A stretch of DNA of 64,000 bases from Calothrix sp. NIES-2100 (GCA_002368195.1 AP018178.1:5401286-5465285), one strand, 5' to 3'; numbered from the stretch's first letter, positions 9,740 through 21,413 are shown. Notes: generated by a model from the sequence alone, not told the origin. Translations and numbers: made by a program.

Positions 9740-10048
9740 ATGCGAATCATCACTGAGAAAAGACTCAAACAAGCTTGTGAAAAGTACCCCGATGCTGAAG
9801 CTAGCATACGCGCTTGGAAAAAGCTTGTAAAAGAACAAGACTGGAATAGTTTTAACATCATCAAAACTACTTCCCTTTTTGCTCTAGATGGAGTTAAAAA
9901 CTTCGTAATTTTTGATATTGGAGGTAATAAATATAGGTTAATAACCTGTATTAACTATAGGACTAAGGCTATATATATTCGTGAGTTCCTTACTCATACA
10001 GAATACGATAAAGATAAATGGAAAAATGATGAATGGTTTGATAGCTAG
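9740..10048 (+). CDS. higB: Type II toxin-antitoxin toxin, HigB family (RelE/ParE superfamily)
   Basis: GGNKYRLITCINYRTKAIYIREFLTHTEYDKDKW matches the HigB/killer-protein consensus (GNxYRL...Y....VY.R.LxTH.EY). Confidence 0.8.
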   Translation: MRIITEKRLKQACEKYPDAEASIRAWKKLVKEQDWNSFNIIKTTSLFALDGVKNFVIFDIGGNKYRLITCINYRTKAIYIREFLTHTEYDKDKWKNDEWFDS

Positions 10049-10146
10049 CTTGTAATTAGAGAAGCTATAAAACAAGTATAACTAGGGTTACTCAAGCTTT
10101 AATCTTAGTTATAAATGGCGAAATTGCAATATACTATAATGATAAA

Positions 10147-10575
10147 ATGTTACACAAAAATACCTATACAGAATTGCTTACAAGTTTCCCCCCGCGCCCT
10201 ATAAAATCTGAGGATGATTTTGAAAAAACTCAGGCAGTTATTGATAAATTGCTTGACAAAGGAGAATTGACAGAGGAAGAAGAAGACTATCTGAATTTAC
10301 TAGGAATGGTAATTCATGAATATGAATCACAACAAGATTTAGTTCTAGATATTTACGGAGTAGACCTTCTCAAGGTTTTAATGGCTGAATTAAATCTTAA
10401 ACAAAAAGATTTAGTTCCTATTTTTAAAACAGAATCGATTGTTTCTGATGTGCTAAAAGGTAAGCGGAAGTTGACAGTTGAGCATATTCAAAAACTTGCT
10501 GAGTTTTTTAAAGTTTCGCCTGCTGTATTCTTTCCTGTTAATTTCTCAGACAGAGACTTTTTGGAAGTGGCTTAG
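10147..10575 (+). CDS. higA: HigA-type antitoxin with an XRE-like helix-turn-helix
   Basis: Sits immediately downstream of higB. The N-terminal part (EDDFEKTQAVIDKLLDKGELTEEEEDYLNLLGMVIHEYE) and the C-terminal helix-turn-helix (LKQKDLVPIFKTESIVSDVLKGKRKLTVEHIQKLAEFFKV) match HigA. Confidence 0.7.
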   Translation: MLHKNTYTELLTSFPPRPIKSEDDFEKTQAVIDKLLDKGELTEEEEDYLNLLGMVIHEYESQQDLVLDIYGVDLLKVLMAELNLKQKDLVPIFKTESIVSDVLKGKRKLTVEHIQKLAEFFKVSPAVFFPVNFSDRDFLEVA

Positions 10576-10647
10576 TCTACACAATCAAGCATTGACTACA
10601 AATAGATGCACGCTCACATCAAGAAACAAAATTATTGTCAAAAGAAA

Positions 10648-10680
10648 AGCCGCTAATATGCTCTGTTTAGCGGTTTTTTG
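10648..10680 (+). terminator. Rho-independent terminator after higA
   Basis: Stem ccgctaa...ttagcgg followed by a TTTTTTGTTTG tract. Confidence 0.6.
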
Positions 10681-11002
10681 TTTGCGCTTTCATACGGTGG
10701 TGGGTCGTAGATGCCTACTTTTGCTGCTGCTGTCTTGACTAGTCGCCAAGCTTGAACTTGGCTCGCTATCCTCAGAAAGCGGGAACTCTCTGTTGGGAAA
10801 GGGAACGCTTGAGAGCGATCGCTCTCAATTGACTTGTCTGCAACCGGACATATCAAAGCCAAGCAAATGTTCTGGTAAATTTTTGCGGAATGTATCCTAA
10901 AGCTCTGGAAGTCAATGTTGCGATTTGATTTATTTTTTAGCAATTGCTACCTAATTCAATGGTTAGCGCTAGTATATCTATGTCTTTTTTCGCAGTATAA
11001 AT

Positions 11003-12646
11003 ATGGCGCAAAATTTTTACGTAAATCCAGGGTCAGGCAATGATAGCAACGTTGGTAGCCAACAAGCTCCCTTTAAAACGATCGCCCAAGCCCTGAAGGT
11101 GGCTACTCCTGGTAGCAGAATTCAACTAGCAGACGGTAATTACAATGCTACTACCGGTGAAGTTTTTCCCTTAACCGTTCCATCTGGTGTAATAGTGGTG
11201 GGTAACGAAGCCAACAAAGGTAGCAGCGTTGTGATTGAAGGTAGCGGTAACTACCTCAGCCGGACATTTGCTGGACAAAATGTCACCTTTGTGATGCTGA
11301 ATGGTGCGGAGCTTCGCGGAGTCACTGTCACAAATCCAGCTAGCCGTGGTTCTGCTGTTTGGGCTGAATCTAGTACACCAACTGTTGCCAATAGCACCTT
11401 CATTAATTCCAAGCGAGAAGGAGTTTTTGCCACTGGTGATGCCAATCCAGTAATCATCGGCAATATATTCTCTGAGAATGCTGCCAATGGTGTTTCCATA
11501 GCTAAAAATTCCAAAGGGGAAATTAAAGGTAATACCTTCGTCAAAACAGGTTATGGTATTGCCGTTAGTGATGCTGCCGCACCCACAATTGTAGATAACA
11601 AAATTTCTGAAAACCGCTCTGGCATTGTTGTCTCTGGCACTGCGCGTCCGATTCTGCGTAATAATATCAGTGAAAAAAATACTGATGATGGTCTGACAGT
11701 AATTGCCAGCGCCTTACCAGATTTGGGCAGTGCCAATAGTCCTGGGGGTAATATCCTACGCAACAACGGTAAGTTTGATTTGCAAAATGCTGGTAGCAAC
11801 CAACTGATTTCTGTGGGAAATCAAATCGATCCCACTAAAATATCGGGCAAAATTGAGTTTGCTTCTACTCCAATACCCACACCAACCCCAACACCTACAC
11901 CAACGCCCACACCAACGCCCACACCAACACCCACACCTACACCGACACCCACGCCCACACCTACACCAACACCGATACCTGTACCTGTACCAACGCCCAC
12001 ACCAACACCAACGCCCACGCCCACCCCGATACCGACACCCACCCCAACACCAACACCCACCCCAACATCCAGCGATTTAACAGACATTGCTAATCATTGG
12101 GCAGCTGCGTTTATTAGAGAATTAGTCAAACAAGGAATAGTTAGCGGTTTTCCCGATCGCACATTTAAACCTGATGCGACAATGACTAGGGCACAGTATG
12201 CTGCTTTACTTGTCAAAGCTTTCAACCCATCCCCAAACCGTGCGGCTATCAAATTCAAGGATGTAGCAGCAGATTTTTGGGCGGCTAAGGTAATTCAGCA
12301 AGCATATCAAGGTTTATTTATCGCTGGTTTTCCTGATGGTACTTTCCACCCCAACCAAAATATCCAGCGCGTGCAAGTTATAGTTTCTCTGGTAAATGGA
12401 TTGGGATTATCTGGTAATACTACCACCGCTTTCAAATTTGATGACCAAGCGAAGATTCCTGACTATGCCAAGGATGAAGTCGCCAAAGCGATAGATAAGC
12501 AGATTATCGTTAATTACCCGAATCCCAAACAACTCAACCCTACCCGCGATGCTACACGCGCTGAGGTAGTGGCAATAGTTTATCAAGCTTTAGCAGATGC
12601 TGGTCGTGTAGCGGCGATTAACTCGCCTTATATCGTAGTTGGTTAA
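11003..12646 (+). CDS. Cell-surface protein: right-handed beta-helix (DUF1565-like) domain, Pro-Thr linker, then three S-layer homology (SLH) domains
   Basis: The N-terminal part has repeated beta-helix turns (GV.V.N....N...G). It is followed by about 65 residues of PTPTPT linker. The C-terminal part has three SLH motifs ([70 protein letters not shown]). Confidence 0.8.
   Translation: MAQNFYVNPGSGNDSNVGSQQAPFKTIAQALKVATPGSRIQLADGNYNATTGEVFPLTVPSGVIVVGNEANKGSSVVIEGSGNYLSRTFAGQNVTFVMLNGAELRGVTVTNPASRGSAVWAESSTPTVANSTFINSKREGVFATGDANPVIIGNIFSENAANGVSIAKNSKGEIKGNTFVKTGYGIAVSDAAAPTIVDNKISENRSGIVVSGTARPILRNNISEKNTDDGLTVIASALPDLGSANSPGGNILRNNGKFDLQNAGSNQLISVGNQIDPTKISGKIEFASTPIPTPTPTPTPTPTPTPTPTPTPTPTPTPTPTPTPIPVPVPTPTPTPTPTPTPIPTPTPTPTPTPTSSDLTDIANHWAAAFIRELVKQGIVSGFPDRTFKPDATMTRAQYAALLVKAFNPSPNRAAIKFKDVAADFWAAKVIQQAYQGLFIAGFPDGTFHPNQNIQRVQVIVSLVNGLGLSGNTTTAFKFDDQAKIPDYAKDEVAKAIDKQIIVNYPNPKQLNPTRDATRAEVVAIVYQALADAGRVAAINSPYIVVG
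11868..12070. repeat. Coding microsatellite (ACNCCN)n that encodes the Pro-Thr linker
   Basis: Roughly 200 nt of ccaacacc/acgcccacacc repeats inside the CDS. This also produces the spurious antisense ORFs 11821..12087 and 11853..12080. Confidence 0.8.
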
Positions 12647-12697
12647 TTTGTATACATAGCCGTTAAGTGAAACCTTCGGCTAGATTAACAAGGTCGT

Positions 12698-12735
12698 TAA
12701 GGGCGGGGAGACCCCGCCCCTACAAATGCATGTGT
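12698..12735. repeat. Small GC-rich palindromic element, copy 1
   Basis: Reads gggcggggagaccccgcccctacaaatg. A related copy lies at 15978..16010. Confidence 0.4.
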
Positions 12736-12876
12736 GGAATTATTTGAAAAATTTGGTATTTTTAACAACCTCAAATTTAAATATACTGACTCGGCAGGGT
12801 TAATTAATTCTTTGAGCTTAGGACTTCCTGTCAGCAGTCCGAGAGTATCAGTGTTTCGCCTTTCGAGGCGGACAAG

Positions 12877-13236
12877 TTAGATACCGACAGCTTTGTTAAA
12901 ACGGATCAGTTCCAAGCTGCGATCGCCATATACTCCTTCTATCTGTTGGCGACAGCAGTCAATAGCAAAATCGTTGAGTTCCTCTGGCTCAATTCCATAC
13001 ATATCCTGAAATATATCTGTTTCTACGCGGCAGAAACGAGGACGATTGGGGTAAATGCGACATTCTCGCGTTTGATGGTCGAAATTAACGCACCATCCGC
13101 CTTCACCTACCATACTCAGGTAAAGTTCCAGTTCTGCGGGTGAAAGATACTCTTCTATCTCTGGACGATCTGCTGGGTCAAGATTACAGCAGGCTCCACA
13201 TTGCTTTATACATTCCCAAGTTGCCATATTTGTCAT
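12877..13236 (-). CDS. YkgJ-family (UPF0153) cysteine-cluster protein
   Basis: CxxCxxCC (CGACCNLD) plus additional Cys residues typical of the Fe-S/zinc YkgJ family. The start may be the MATWEC Met at 13224. Confidence 0.7.
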   Translation of the reverse strand: MTNMATWECIKQCGACCNLDPADRPEIEEYLSPAELELYLSMVGEGGWCVNFDHQTRECRIYPNRPRFCRVETDIFQDMYGIEPEELNDFAIDCCRQQIEGVYGDRSLELIRFNKAVGI

Positions 13237-13335
13237 TTGTCATTTGTCAGTTGTCATTTGTCAGTTGTCAATAGTCAAGGGTCATTTGTCTTCCTTGTCC
13301 TCCTTGTCCCCCTTGTCTTCCTTGTCCCCTCTGCT
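13231..13335. repeat. STRR heptamer arrays (TTTGTCA x5, then CCTTGTC-like x6)
   Basis: tgtcatttgtcatttgtcagttgtcatttgtcagttgtca, then cttccttgtcctccttgtcccccttgtcttccttgtcccc. Confidence 0.7.
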
Positions 13336-13499
13336 CCCTAATCCCTAGTCCCTCATCTTACATTTTTATGTCTTTTCTTATAATTTTGTTAAGTAAATTA
13401 AATCTAGCAGTCCATAGCCGGATATGATCGATCGCGGGTTTTGCAATTGAAGTTATTGAATTTTTTAAGACCAATCGGGAGGAAACAATGTTTGGATTG

Positions 13500-13631
13500 T
13501 TTGATGCTTTAGCCAATATTAATTGGGAAGTTATTTTTCAACTACTGTTTGTCGGTCTAATTGTCCTGGCTGGGCCTGCTGTAATTTTTGTCCTAGCATT
13601 TCGCAACGGCGACCTGTAAAAGTACTTATTT
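13500..13631 (+). CDS. psb30: Photosystem II reaction-centre protein Psb30 (Ycf12); not listed in the ORF track
   Basis: 43-aa [46 protein letters not shown]. It matches Ycf12/Psb30 (..NINFEVI.QL....LIV.AGP.VIF.LA.R.GNL) and has GGAGGAAACA 5 nt upstream. Confidence 0.75.
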
Positions 13632-13652
13632 AATAAAGTTCAGAGCGGCGGA

Positions 13653-13677
13653 AGCCGCTGCTCTGAATTAGAGCTAA
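13653..13677 (+). terminator. Stem-loop downstream of psb30
   Basis: cagagcggcgg aa gccgctgctctg; the trailing U-tract is weak. Confidence 0.4.
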
Positions 13678-13730
13678 GTGAGTTGAAGCAGATTCTCAGA
13701 TTTCCCAAATCAAACTTAATATTTGAAAAT

Positions 13731-15866
13731 TTACGACTCATGATTCAGCACCGATAAAGCCATAAGTGCAGCTTGAATTATACAGTCATACTGTGGTTGA
13801 CAAATATCAACTTCTTGAGCATTTTCACGGCTATTGCCCAGTAAACCAATTGTATGTCCTGGTTGCATAACTAAGACTTTGCCTTCAGCATTTTTAATTC
13901 TTAATTCTGGTAAGGAACCCTGTTGAAAGATACCACAGGTGTATCGGCGTTGTTTATACTCAAAGCTGGTGGTTAAGGGATGAGGTGAAGAGGAGAAAAA
14001 TAGGTGAGACTGTGTTGTTAGCCGCAGGCCTATGAGTTCCATCTCGATGGTGGTATTACCATTAAAATGATTTTCTCGCAGTTTATAAGCAACATCGACT
14101 CGCGAAGGGAGGGGGTAGTAGTCGCGCCAACGCCAAGCGATCGCTTTAATTTTATACTGTTGATGATCGATAGTTTGGGCAAGGGTGAGTTTGATGTGAC
14201 CTTTACCAACTATTTGTTGCTCAACTACTTGCACGTTAGGTGTCCAGAACACCGGATCGGGATTATCGATACCGCAGGGATGGAGAGCATTGATCTGTTG
14301 ATAAAGTTGGTGATGAATTTCACTAAAATTGACTTGGGTATCAATTTTCAGTAGAGGTTTGAGATGTTGGGGTTGCAGACATTGGTTAGCAAACTCAATT
14401 AAACGCGATCGCACTGCTGATAAATTCTGTGCTGGTAAAGAATATCCCCCAGCGGCTTTGTGTCCACCATATTTATCTAACAAGTCGTGACAAGCCTGCA
14501 AAGCTTCAAACACATGAAATTCGGGGATTCCTCTGGCTGAACCGCGAATGTGTGTTTCATCCTCATAAGTGCCAATAAACACCGGCACACCGTAGCGTTC
14601 CACCAAACGGGAAGCGACAATCCCAATTACACCATGATGCCAGTTTGGTTGTACAACTATTAATACCCGGTCTTGCTGGAGTGATGTGATAAATTCAGTT
14701 TCCACATAAGCGATCGCTTCTTGTTCGATTTGCTCACACATTTCCTGGCGTTGCTGGTTCACACCTTCGCACTGCATTGCTCTTTCTATAGCTATTCCCA
14801 TATCATCTGTGGTAAGCAAATCAATCACAATCTGCGGATCGCCAATTCTACCGATCGCATTAATTCTTGGCCCCAGCTTAAACCCGATATCCTCAGGCTT
14901 TAGGGATTTGGACGAAGATGACGCGGAGACTTTCTGACGCGGGGACGCGGTGAGATAATTTTCTCCGTGTCCCCGCGTCTCCGTATCCCCTTGTCCATCT
15001 CCCCTCGCCTGAACCCCAGCAATCTGAATCAACGCCTGTATTCCTGGTAAATGAGATTTGGGTAAGAGTTGTAAACCACGTTTTACCCAACGACGGTTGA
15101 CACCGGTTAAGGGAGCTAAATCTGCGATCGTTCCCAGTGTAAATAGTGCTAACATTGGCTGGATTAAGCCCCTAGTCTCGCCTAACTGTTGTGCTAGAGA
15201 CACCGCCAGGATATAGGCGACACCTACACCCGCAACACCGCGATAAGGTGAAGATTCGGCGATTAATTTGGGGTTGAGAATAGCGTTAGCGTTTGGTAAT
15301 TGTTGGGGAATGTCGTGATGGTCGGTGACAATTACCTTTAATCCTAGTTCTCTGGCTCTAGCGATGGGTTCAACTGCGGAGATCCCATTATCGACAGTGA
15401 GAATTAACCCAACGCCTTCGCTGTGGAATTCTTCGACAATTCTTTTATTAATGCCATAACCATCGTGCATCCGGCTAGGGATAGCATAATCAACGTTAGC
15501 ACCTAAAGCACGGAGACTGCGCAACAGTAAAGCAGTGCTAGTCATCCCATCAGCATCATAGTCACCGCAAATGGCAATTTTTTCTTCAGAAGCGATCGCA
15601 TTTTGCAGTAACTCTACACTGATTGCCAAATCGGGGAATTCTTCTAAAGGCACAGGTAAAATTAAAGATTCTGGCTCTAAAAATGCTTGTGCTGCTTCTA
15701 AGCTTTCAATCCCCCGGTTAATTAACAATTGGCTGACAATCGGGGATATATTACTAGAAGCAGCTAGCTTTTGGGCAAATTCGGCTTTTTGCGGATAAAT
15801 TTGCCAACGTTGATTCGGTAAGCGTCGGCGAGGTTTTGATGTTTCTGAGCGAGCAATGTCTAGCAC
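13731..15866 (-). CDS. recJ: Single-stranded-DNA-specific exonuclease RecJ
   Basis: DHH motifs (ICGDYDADGMTS, VIVTDHH) plus a DHHA1 C-terminal region. Confidence 0.85.
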   Translation of the reverse strand: MLDIARSETSKPRRRLPNQRWQIYPQKAEFAQKLAASSNISPIVSQLLINRGIESLEAAQAFLEPESLILPVPLEEFPDLAISVELLQNAIASEEKIAICGDYDADGMTSTALLLRSLRALGANVDYAIPSRMHDGYGINKRIVEEFHSEGVGLILTVDNGISAVEPIARARELGLKVIVTDHHDIPQQLPNANAILNPKLIAESSPYRGVAGVGVAYILAVSLAQQLGETRGLIQPMLALFTLGTIADLAPLTGVNRRWVKRGLQLLPKSHLPGIQALIQIAGVQARGDGQGDTETRGHGENYLTASPRQKVSASSSSKSLKPEDIGFKLGPRINAIGRIGDPQIVIDLLTTDDMGIAIERAMQCEGVNQQRQEMCEQIEQEAIAYVETEFITSLQQDRVLIVVQPNWHHGVIGIVASRLVERYGVPVFIGTYEDETHIRGSARGIPEFHVFEALQACHDLLDKYGGHKAAGGYSLPAQNLSAVRSRLIEFANQCLQPQHLKPLLKIDTQVNFSEIHHQLYQQINALHPCGIDNPDPVFWTPNVQVVEQQIVGKGHIKLTLAQTIDHQQYKIKAIAWRWRDYYPLPSRVDVAYKLRENHFNGNTTIEMELIGLRLTTQSHLFFSSSPHPLTTSFEYKQRRYTCGIFQQGSLPELRIKNAEGKVLVMQPGHTIGLLGNSRENAQEVDICQPQYDCIIQAALMALSVLNHES
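14915..15010. mobile_element. Inverted-repeat mini-element inserted in-frame within recJ
   Basis: gacgcggggacgcgg pairs with ccgtgtccccgcgtc as a near-perfect inverted repeat. The segment encodes a low-complexity insert (GDGQGDTETRGHGENYLTASPRQKVSASSSS). Confidence 0.35.
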
Positions 15867-15977
15867 AATAAAAGTTACGAGTGATCTCTAACTCATAACT
15901 CATAGCTTAAAGCGATCGCTTTTGCTAGTTTTTCACACCGATTTTATCAACGATCACATGTCACAGATTGTCGTCAA

Positions 15978-16010
15978 AAACGGGGAAACCCCGCCCCTAC
16001 ACAAATGACC
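15978..16010. repeat. Small GC-rich palindromic element, copy 2
   Basis: Reads acggggaaaccccgcccctacacaaatg. Compare the copy at 12698. Confidence 0.4.
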
Positions 16011-16036
16011 AATGACCATTGACAAATGACAACAAT

Positions 16037-16462
16037 TTAATAAACTTTTACATGACCATCACTGAGCATCTCAAGAGAGCGATCGCCAGGGTTACGTTTC
16101 CCCGGACGGAGTTCTACACGTAATGTCGCAAAGTCGGGTTTAGAGATAATTGCTTGTAGTGGTAATCCCATTTCATCCCAAAACATCAGAGAAATTCTTG
16201 GCTGTGTCTCATCACCCTGCATAAATTGCAATTCCTGTCCCGGTCGTAGGGGAAGGGGGTCTGTTCCTTGGAGTTGCTCTAGTTTCACCAACCCTAAGGT
16301 TCTATTTACTACTTCTAATCGGATAGATTGACCGGGAGTAAATTGAATCGGACGCGGGCCACACTTAGAGGCACAAGTTCCTGCTATTGTGGCACTATGG
16401 TGATTAGTTGATGTTATGAAAACGGTAGCGGCGGCTAAGAAGACTGGCAGTAATTTAGACAT
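16037..16462 (-). CDS. Hypothetical secreted protein with an N-terminal signal peptide
   Basis: MSKLLPVFLAAATVFITS signal-like N-terminus. No recognisable domain. Confidence 0.5.
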   Translation of the reverse strand: MSKLLPVFLAAATVFITSTNHHSATIAGTCASKCGPRPIQFTPGQSIRLEVVNRTLGLVKLEQLQGTDPLPLRPGQELQFMQGDETQPRISLMFWDEMGLPLQAIISKPDFATLRVELRPGKRNPGDRSLEMLSDGHVKVY

Positions 16463-16859
16463 AACACCCAGTATAAGTACTTGAGTTAAATCCTACTCCA
16501 ACAAAGTACTAACAAGCCTCAGCAGATTCTCCAGAATTTACACAAAACTTAAGCACACTTCATCAATTCTTGGCACGGCAAGATTTTGACGAAGGTATTG
16601 ATAAATTACAGCAATTTTCTTTTATTTGCAGCAAATCTGTCGTCAGGGTTTAGCAATGCTCAAGCCTGCATAGGGTAGTCTATTTATCAAAAATTGTGAA
16701 GATATAAATCAATAAATGGGAAATATAGAAATAACCTCTCGCAAACAGATGGACACTGGAAAATTTTGCAGTGTTTCATCCTCAAGGATTTGACATTAGT
16801 CGCCTTAGAGAAGTGTGCTAGCAAACATCTGTTTAAGAACATTCCCATAACTAAGAGCA

Positions 16860-19800
16860 ATGGAACTTAATTCAACTTCTACGGAAAATCAACTTCTATT
16901 GTCAAGCACTCACCTCCAAGAACAACTAGAGCAGCAAAAAGCCCTGGCCAATGTGATTGTAAGAATTCGGGAGTCTCTTGACTTAGCAACGATTTTTCAA
17001 ACTACCGTCAAAGCCGTGCGGCAATTGTTGAATGCTGACCGAGTAGCAGTCTTCCAGTTTGACCATCAAAGAGACTGGGAAGGTGAATTTGTTTATGAGG
17101 AGGTTGCACCTAATTGGGACTCGGTAATCGCCGCAAAAGTTCACGACCACTGTTTTGGAGAACAATTTGCGGCTCAGTATCAACAAGGTAGAGTGCAAGC
17201 AGTTGCTGATATTTATGATGCCGGACTAAGTAATTGTCATGTAGAAATTTTAAGTAAATTTCAGATCCGCGCCAACCTTATTGTGCCGCTTTTGAGAGAG
17301 CAAGAAGTGTGGGGCTTGCTTTGTATTCATCAGTGCAGTGAAGCGCGTAACTGGAAAGAATCGGAAATAGAATTTATCCGCCAAATTGCTAACCATCTGA
17401 CTGTAGCAATTCAACAAGCCAAGCATCTGCATCAAGCTAAACTACAAGCGAAAAAATTGACGCAAGCCGCTCAACGTGATCAAGTAATTGCTCAGATTGT
17501 TGATAAAATTCGTTCACCCTTGGATATTGAAAGCATTTTTGCGACGACGACTCATGAAATCCGCCAGCTGCTGCAAGCCGACCGAGTTGCAATCTTTCGC
17601 TTCAATCAAGATTGGACTGGTAGCTTTGTCGCTGAATCATTTGCTGAAGGCTGGAAATCTTTGATTGGTGTAGAACCTGCGATTAATGATACTTATTTAC
17701 AGCAAAACCAAGGGGGACGCTACGTTGACAACGAAACATTTATTGCCAATGACATTTATCAAGCAGGATTATCAAACTGTCACGTCACCCTGTTAGAGCA
17801 ATTTCAAGCCAAAGCCTTTGCTACAGCCCCGATTCTTCAAGGTGACAAACTCTGGGGAATTATTGCGGCTTATCAAAATTCTTCGCCCAGAGAATGGCAA
17901 TCTTATGAAGTCGAATCACTTACCAAAATCGGCACACAAATTGGTGTAGCCTTGCGACACCATCAGTTGCTAGTACAAGCTCAATACCAAGCAGAGCAAC
18001 AAAAAACTTTAACCAGCGTCATTACTCGCATTCGAGAGTCCTTAGATTTAGATACCATCTTCCAGACTACAGTCAAAGAAGTGCGGCAAATGCTGCAAGC
18101 AGACAGAGTAGCAGTCTTTTGTTTTGATTCTCAAAAAGATTGGGAAGGAGAATTTATTTCGGAAAACGTAGCACCTAATTGGGACTCGATTATCGCCACC
18201 AAGGTTTACAATAACTGTTTTGGAGAACAGTTTGCGGCTCATTATCGACAAGGACAAATCCAAGCAATTGCAGATATTTATGCCGCAGAATTAAGTGAAT
18301 GTCATGTCGAGATTCTCGAAAAATTCCAAGTGCGGGCAAATCTGCTAGTTCCGCTACTAAAACGAGGTAATTTATGGGGTTTATTGTGTGTTCATCAATG
18401 CAGCAATCCTCGAACTTGGCAATCTACTGAAATTGAATTTGTTAGCCAAATTGCCGAAAACTTAGAAGTTGCTTTACAACACAACGAACTTTTAGTTGAA
18501 GCACGATATCAAGCAGAGCAACAAAAGACATTAACTAGTGTTATTGCCCGGATTCGTGAGTCTTTAGATTTAGAAAGAATCTTTCAAACTTCTGTGACTG
18601 AAGTAAGACAACTATTAAAAGCCAGCCGAGTCGGGGTTTTCCGTTTTGATCCTCAACAAGACTGGGAAGGAGAATTTATCTATGAAGATATAGCTTCCGG
18701 TTGGACTTCTGGAATCAAAGAAAAAGTTTACGATCACTGTTTTAGTGAACAATTTGCACCGCTTTACGCCCAAGGCCGAGTCAATACAATTGCTGATATT
18801 TATCAAGGAACGCTTCCAGCCTGTTATATTCAAATTCTTGAAAGATTTCAAGTTCGTGCCAATATGGTCGCGCCTTTATTAAATCAAGGTGAACTTTGGG
18901 GATTACTTTGTATTCATCAATGCGATGCTCCTCGTCATTGGCAAACTTCAGAAATTGAATTTGTTACGCAAATAGCTGAGCAATTAGGAGTTGCATTAAA
19001 ACAGGATTCTTATTTAAAGAAATTTCAAAATCAGGCTGTTCAATTAGCAGAAGCTACAGAGCGAGATAAAGCAATGGAACGGCAAAAATTGCTAGCTGCT
19101 ACTATTGATAAAATCCGCCAATCACTCGACATTCAAACTATTTTTAAAACCACAACTCAAGCTGTGCTTGAGTTGCTCGAAGTTGAGCGGATTGCTATCT
19201 ATCGCTTCAACTCAGATTGGAGCGGTAAATTTGTGGCAGATTCCTTTAAAGATGGTTGGAAACCTTTGGTAAAAGCTCAACCAATGCTGATAGAAACCTT
19301 TGCAGGTACAGACGACGATAACGATTTACCGCGCAATGAAACTTTTGTTCCTATTCGACAAGGTGAGCAATTATGGGGATTATTAGTAGCTTATCAAAAT
19401 TCCCAACCACGCTATTGGAAGGACGAAGAAATTAATTTACTTGCTCAAGTAGGTGTGCAATTAGGAATTGCTATTCAGCAAGGAGAATTACTCGAACAAA
19501 CCAAGCGTCAAACTTTAGAACTTACTCAAGCTCTGCAAGAATTAAAACAAACTCAGTCCCGATTAATTCAGGGTGAAAAAATGGCTGGATTAGGACAACT
19601 AATTGCTGGAGTTGCCCATGAAATAAACAATCCTGTCAGTTTTATTAAAGGCAATATCATACATTTGCATGAATATACTCAAGAATTGCTGAATGTCATC
19701 AAAATTTATCAGAAAAATGACTCATTGTCCCCAGATATACAAAACAAAATTAATCAAAAAGAGTTGAAATTTATTATTGAAGATTTACCCAAAACTATTG

Positions 19801-20399
19801 AATCTATGAATATAGGAGCAGAGCGGATTCACCAGATTGTACTATCATTGCGAAACTTCTCACGTACAGATGAGTCTGGATTGAAATTAGTAGATATTCA
19901 TGAAGGATTGAATAGTACTTTACTGATCTTAGGGCATCGATTTAAAAACAATAGAGAGCGTCAATCTATTAAAATTATTAAAGAATATGGTAATTTACCT
20001 TTAGTCGAATGCTATCCTGCACAACTAAATCAGGTGCTGATGAATATTCTGAGTAACAGCATTGATGCATTAGATGATAAGTATCAAACCATCCAACACA
20101 AGTATTTGCAATTATCAAAACCTTGTCCAGAAATTCCTTTGACTATTTGGATTAATACGCAGACATTAAATAACCAAATTTTAATTAGGATAGCAGATAA
20201 TGGTCTGGGGATGCCAGAAGAAGTGCGATCGCACATTTTTGACCCCTTCTTTACCACCAAAGACGTAGGTAAAGGTACAGGATTAGGGTTATCTATTAGC
20301 TATCAAATCATAGTAGAAAAACATCACGGTCAAATTCGATGTTCTTCTAAACCAGGAGAGGGAACAGAGTTTATGATTGAAATTCCGATTAAATCCTGA
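16860..20399 (+). CDS. Multi-GAF (five tandem GAF domains) sensor histidine kinase
   Basis: Five GAF-like blocks that share ...[26 protein letters not shown]...W.GEF..E.....W.......QG.....DIY...L..CH...L..FQ.RANL..P.L....LWGL...HQC. These are followed by HisKA (AHEINNP) and HATPase_c ([15 protein letters not shown]). Confidence 0.85.
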   Translation: MELNSTSTENQLLLSSTHLQEQLEQQKALANVIVRIRESLDLATIFQTTVKAVRQLLNADRVAVFQFDHQRDWEGEFVYEEVAPNWDSVIAAKVHDHCFGEQFAAQYQQGRVQAVADIYDAGLSNCHVEILSKFQIRANLIVPLLREQEVWGLLCIHQCSEARNWKESEIEFIRQIANHLTVAIQQAKHLHQAKLQAKKLTQAAQRDQVIAQIVDKIRSPLDIESIFATTTHEIRQLLQADRVAIFRFNQDWTGSFVAESFAEGWKSLIGVEPAINDTYLQQNQGGRYVDNETFIANDIYQAGLSNCHVTLLEQFQAKAFATAPILQGDKLWGIIAAYQNSSPREWQSYEVESLTKIGTQIGVALRHHQLLVQAQYQAEQQKTLTSVITRIRESLDLDTIFQTTVKEVRQMLQADRVAVFCFDSQKDWEGEFISENVAPNWDSIIATKVYNNCFGEQFAAHYRQGQIQAIADIYAAELSECHVEILEKFQVRANLLVPLLKRGNLWGLLCVHQCSNPRTWQSTEIEFVSQIAENLEVALQHNELLVEARYQAEQQKTLTSVIARIRESLDLERIFQTSVTEVRQLLKASRVGVFRFDPQQDWEGEFIYEDIASGWTSGIKEKVYDHCFSEQFAPLYAQGRVNTIADIYQGTLPACYIQILERFQVRANMVAPLLNQGELWGLLCIHQCDAPRHWQTSEIEFVTQIAEQLGVALKQDSYLKKFQNQAVQLAEATERDKAMERQKLLAATIDKIRQSLDIQTIFKTTTQAVLELLEVERIAIYRFNSDWSGKFVADSFKDGWKPLVKAQPMLIETFAGTDDDNDLPRNETFVPIRQGEQLWGLLVAYQNSQPRYWKDEEINLLAQVGVQLGIAIQQGELLEQTKRQTLELTQALQELKQTQSRLIQGEKMAGLGQLIAGVAHEINNPVSFIKGNIIHLHEYTQELLNVIKIYQKNDSLSPDIQNKINQKELKFIIEDLPKTIESMNIGAERIHQIVLSLRNFSRTDESGLKLVDIHEGLNSTLLILGHRFKNNRERQSIKIIKEYGNLPLVECYPAQLNQVLMNILSNSIDALDDKYQTIQHKYLQLSKPCPEIPLTIWINTQTLNNQILIRIADNGLGMPEEVRSHIFDPFFTTKDVGKGTGLGLSISYQIIVEKHHGQIRCSSKPGEGTEFMIEIPIKS

Positions 20400-20579
20400 C
20401 AAAAGGGTTAATGAATTTATTGCGCAAAGCGGTAGGGGTTTAGCAATGCTCGCTAAACCCCTACTTCTCATTGTTTTTTGAAGGAGTTTAATACCTTCGC
20501 TGTTGGCGATGGAAGAATTTCTTTACCACTAACTACTGACTACTGACAAAAAGACACAAAACATCTTTTGAAAATTGCT

Positions 20580-21413
20580 TCAACCGAAGCGTCCACTAAT
20601 GTACTCTTCAGCTTCTTTAGTCTTAGGAGAAGAGAAGATTTCCTTTGTCGGACTAAACTCGACTAATTTACCCCGACGTTTACCATATCCGTCAATTTCG
20701 GTATTGAAAAAAGCCGTCCAATCTGCAACCCGCGAAGCTTGTTGCATGTTGTGCGTCACCATAATAATGGTGTATTGCTCGTTGAGTTCTAAGCAGAGTT
20801 CTTCCACTTGACGGGTAGAAATGGGGTCAAGTGCAGAGCATGGTTCATCCATTAATAATACATCTGGTTTCATAGCGATCGCTCTGGCTATGCATAGCCT
20901 TTGCTGTTGTCCACCAGATAAGGCCGTACCCTTGTGTTTGAGTTTATCTTTGACTTCATCCCAAATGGCGGCGCGTCTTAAGGAATCTTCGACTAATTCA
21001 TCGAGGTTTCCTTTATAACCGTTAGAACGCGGACCAAAGGCAATATTTTCGTAGATTGATTTCGGAAATGGGTTTGGTCTTTGAAAAACCATACCCACTT
21101 GCCTACGTAATTTTACTGAATTAACTTTGGGATCGTAAATATTGCGATCGCGATAATGCAACCTCCCCTCTACCTTCGCTCCAGTAATTAAATCATTCAT
21201 GCGGTTGAAGCAACGTAGTAAAGTACTTTTACCACATCCTGAAGGCCCAATAAAAGCTGTAATTTGTTTTTCAGGAATTTTGATGTATACATCTAGAAGT
21301 GCCAAAAATCCACCATAGTAAACTTTAAGACCCTCAACATCAAATACTGCATTATTTTCTTGGTTAAGCGTGCCATGATTATTCAATTGACTTCTACGAT
21401 TATTGAAAGTCAT
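20580..21413 (-). CDS. pstB: Phosphate ABC transporter ATP-binding protein PstB
   Basis: GPSGCGKST Walker [10 protein letters not shown] signature and the PstB-type N-terminus (VYYG...AL.DV). Confidence 0.9.
   Translation of the reverse strand: MTFNNRRSQLNNHGTLNQENNAVFDVEGLKVYYGGFLALLDVYIKIPEKQITAFIGPSGCGKSTLLRCFNRMNDLITGAKVEGRLHYRDRNIYDPKVNSVKLRRQVGMVFQRPNPFPKSIYENIAFGPRSNGYKGNLDELVEDSLRRAAIWDEVKDKLKHKGTALSGGQQQRLCIARAIAMKPDVLLMDEPCSALDPISTRQVEELCLELNEQYTIIMVTHNMQQASRVADWTAFFNTEIDGYGKRRGKLVEFSPTKEIFSSPKTKEAEEYISGRFG

Noticed and set aside
10478-10943. ORFs 10478..10738 (+) and 10653..10943 (-)
   Set aside because: They overlap the higA 3' end and terminator. Translations are low-complexity (LLLLLLS) and show no homology.
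11821-12087. Antisense and frameshifted ORFs over the PT-linker (GVGVGV and PHQRPHQ proteins)
   Set aside because: They are artefacts of the (ACNCCN)n coding microsatellite inside the SLH surface-protein gene.
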